Origin: the human T2T-CHM13v2.0 reference genome, Homo sapiens
Direction: 5' to 3' (one strand)
Assembly (NCBI RefSeq): GCF_009914755.1
Contig: NC_060926.1
Length of the DNA stretch: 64,000 nucleotides
Position 1 is the stretch's first letter; each line of letters starts with the position of its first letter. Shown here piece by piece: positions 60,132-64,000 of the stretch. The notes under the pieces were generated by a model. The model saw only the letters and a program-made list of their open reading frames with translations. It was not told where the DNA came from and did no database searches. Position numbers and translations under genes: made by a program.

Positions 60132-60446
60132 TTTTTTTTTTCTTTTTTCTTTTTTTTTTTTTTTGAGATGGAGTCTTGCTCTGTCACCCAGGCTGGAATG
60201 AAGTGGCATGATCTTGGCTCACTGTAACCTTTGCCGCCCGGGTTCAAGCGATTCTCCTGTCTCAGCCTCCTGAGTAGCTAGGATTACAGTTGCGTGCTAC
60301 CACACCTGGCTAATTTTTGTATTTTTAGTAGAGATGGGGTTTCGCCATGTTGGCCAGGCTGGTCTTGAATTCCAGACCTCAGGTGAACCACCTTTTTCGG
60401 CCTCCCAAAGTGATGGGATTATAGGCGTGAGCCACCAAGCCCGGCC
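60132..60446 (-). mobile_element. Alu (AluS-type)
   Basis: Reverse Alu; TSD agctacatgcattttt. Confidence 0.92.
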
Positions 60447-60594
60447 TAGCTACATGCATTTTTAAAGCTATTCATGTATTTGTTTATTTTAGAAGTCTGG
60501 GGACACCAGGTAATACGACCTTCCTATACTTTTGTATTACTTTAATTTCCGCAAATCACAAGAAGAAACTTTTGAACACCTTTTTTAAGTCTGT

Positions 60595-60787
60595 ACAGGA
60601 TGCTGCCATGTGAGGACACTGCGAGAAGGCGCCATCTATGAACAGGAATTGGGCCCTCACCAGATACTGAATCTGCTGGGGCCTTCATCTTGGACTTCCC
60701 AGCCTCCAGAACTGTGGGAAATAAATTTCTGTTGCTCATAAGCCACCCTGTCTGTGGTATTTTGTTACTGCAGCCTGGGGTAGGACA
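60595..60787 (+). mobile_element. MLT1A-like LTR 3' fragment
   Basis: tggacttcccagcctccagaactgtgggaaataaatttctgttg. Confidence 0.72.
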
Positions 60788-61382
60788 GCTCCCAAAGCAG
60801 AAACTCTGGGGTGTGGTCTGGCCATCTGGCCTTAGCAAGGTTCCAGGTGTTGCTGACGTGACCCAAATCTGAGACCCTCTGCTCTGGGCACCCACCTGTG
60901 TTCTCACTTGCTCAGTTCCTCTGAAGACATTCCACATTTTAGTAAGACAAAGAACAGAGTCAAATGCCAGAAGAACTCCTCTGCACAAACCTCTTCCATC
61001 GCAGGCGCTACTAAATTCTAGACGCCCCTTCTCCCTCTTCACTGCTCTTCCATTGTGGTTGGCAGATGCTGACAATGTGTTCTTCCATGTGTCCCCCATC
61101 TCTGTGCCCGCCGCGTGGGGGCCCTGGCCACTGCATCACCATGCCACCTCCTTCCGGGCCCTTCTGTCTATGCCATCCCCACGTGGCACTTCTCCCGTCT
61201 TTACACGGTTTGTCCAAAAAGTCTTTGTCCTTTTCCTGCTCAAGATTTCTGAGTTCTCCAGAACAATCTGGTCACCCGCTTCCAATTATCAGTGTTGAGC
61301 ATGCACCCCACATATATGTATATGTACCACTATATTATGTTCTTTATAACAACAGAAATAATGTAAAAGGACAAGGCAAAAA

Positions 61383-61599
61383 GTATGTGTATGTATATAT
61401 GTATGTGTGTGTATATACATACAAGTGTGTGTATATATATATAAGTATGTGTATGTATACATATACAAGTCTATATGTATGTGTCTGTAAATATATACAA
61501 GTGGGTGTGTGTGTGTATATATATATGTGTATATGTACATGTATGTGTGTGTATATATGTGTGTGTGTATATATGTTAGAGTGTGTGTGTGTATATATA
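61383..61599. repeat. Compound (TA)/(TG) low-complexity repeat
   Basis: Read directly from the sequence; generates spurious VCVY/THTH ORFs. Confidence 0.9.
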
Positions 61600-62658
61600 G
61601 CAGCTCCACAAATCTCTTTTACAACATTCCACATGGAGTAGGGCCCATGGGGCACACCCTGCCCCACCCTAGTGGATGCCTGGCACTGGCCCCCACCCCC
61701 AGCCCCCTTTCCCCCGCCCTATGTCTACTCCTCCATCACCTGCGGCAAGCTGGGCAGTGTAGTTCTGAGCACACCCAGTGCCCCCCAGCCTTCCTGAACC
61801 ACAGAATGCCTTCCAGCTTCTTCTATCACATTCGTACTTCCTGACCAAGAAATAATCAGCGTCTGATCATTAATGGGCCTTTTCTCTAACGGACAGCAGG
61901 GCGGTGTTGATAAAGCTTGCTCAGCACCAGGTCCCTGTGGGCTGGACGGGGCACAGCTTGGGAGCAGGGCTTCATGCTACCTTTGCTCTGTGCAGCAAAG
62001 CCCTGCATGGTCACTGGTGTCTGGCTCTCTCCTCCTCCTGAGGGTGCCCAGTCTCCCTCTGTGGCTCCATCATGCATCAGGCACAGGTGAGGCACCCTCT
62101 CCAAATCAAGGCCAATCCCAAGGCTCCCTGCTCATGTTCCTGGACAGGATGCCCAAAGGATCCTTTGTGATGAAGCCTCCATGGTCTCCCCCACCCCACC
62201 CTGAACCCCCGCTCTTGCTCTGACTTCAAACCCTGGCTCTTCCCCTGACCCTCTCCACAAAGGCCCTGCCCTGCACTTCTCCTGCTCTCCGCTCTCTGGC
62301 TCTGTCATCTTTCCCAACCCTGTGCGGCCTCACCCCCTCTCAGATGCCCGCCCAGACCCTTTCTTTGTATCACCATGGAGTCTTCCGCCTGCTCCTGTCT
62401 CCACCTTCACGATGAGGACAAGGTCCCTGTCTGATTCATTCTCTACTTTACTCTGCAAGTTCAACATTACAGAGGAAATGGGAGATTACAATGAGAACTT
62501 TAATATGACTGACCTTCAAATCCCAAGACAGGCTTGAAGGTAAAGCTTTAAAGTTCTAAATATTGCATTCTATCCTTAAGGGGTTTCACTCTTATTCAAG
62601 AAGGCTGTAAGAACAACAGTTTGAAGGAACAGGATTTTCCACTAGAAGTCCCCACTCA

Positions 62659-63108
<450 letters not shown>

Positions 63109-64000
63109 TCAAGGGCATAAAACCATTTACATTTTAAAAGCACCTAAGACATTCTACAAATGGTACAATGCAAAGGAAACAACCAGTAACCCACGGGAAG
63201 GTGAACAGGATTAGCTGGAAGGGAGCGATGCTTTCCATATACTTCCAGACTGTTTGACTGTTAAAATTATGAATTAAAACTAAGCCCCAGAAAGATATGT
63301 AAAATATCAATGACCCTTGCATGTCACTATCCAAATTATAAACCACCCTTAACCACCAAGTACCTTCCCAGGTTCTCCACCTCAACTAAGGATTTGGCTG
63401 CAAAAATACTACAGAGAGAAAGCTCTGCAATAAGTATTTCAGTAACAATTATGTGACTAATTCTTAGAGCTGGAAATAAGATACACTATCTGCACATCTC
63501 CACCTGAGAAAATCAAGTACTTTCTGTCATTGGAAGCAGGACACCAATAAACTTGGAAACACGTTGCACTCACACATTTCACTCGAGGTTCTAGTCCAGC
63601 GTCACCATTTAACAAGCACAAAACATCTCTTCATCTGAAATACCAGAGGATACCATCAAATTTGGGGAGAATAGGGAGAAAGAAATAGAAAAATTCCAGA
63701 CCACTTCTGAACTCCAGAAAGCAAAAATGGACTTTGATCCTGCAAATTACTACAGACAACAAAGAAGTGGACTCTCCTTCCTCCTCTCCTCCCAACTTCG
63801 CAAATATCAATGATGCCTGGTGTGGCATGGTAGAAAATGTTACCATGCTATTTCTTTTGCCTTTTTCTACTTAAAGAGATATAGGCTCCACCTAAGGATA
63901 TGTGACAATATTTTACCTCAAACGATAACAATGGAAAATGAAATATACTTTCCCTAAGGTTACCAAATGAATGAATCTCCTTAGTTTTCTGATGGAACGA

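Noticed and set aside
61066-61844. Overlapping 100-190 aa ORFs
   Set aside because: Artefacts of the (TA)/(TG) repeat, which lacks stop codons.

Overview
Primate DNA, almost certainly human given an L1HS pre-Ta-type element. The window lies inside UXS1 (UDP-glucuronate decarboxylase 1 / UDP-xylose synthase) on the minus strand. Eight coding exons (numbered 2-9 from recall of the gene; exon 1 lies beyond the right edge and exon 10 onward beyond the left edge) can be joined by hand with canonical GT-AG junctions into the recalled UXS1 protein. The dominant accessory feature is a full-length ~6 kb L1 antisense to UXS1 in intron 6. It has a 14-bp TSD, intact ORF1 and ORF0, an ORF2 broken only by one extra T, and a 25-bp 3' transduction. 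Its antisense promoter points into UXS1 exon 7, and ORF0 splice donor 1 is in frame with that exon, which predicts an ORF0-UXS1 fusion / gene-breaking arrangement. The rest is intron rich in Alu, LTR (MaLR, MER41, MER4, LTR8, MLT2), old L1M/L2/MIR and DNA-transposon fossils. Repeat subfamily names come from memory of consensus sequences and were not run against a database.
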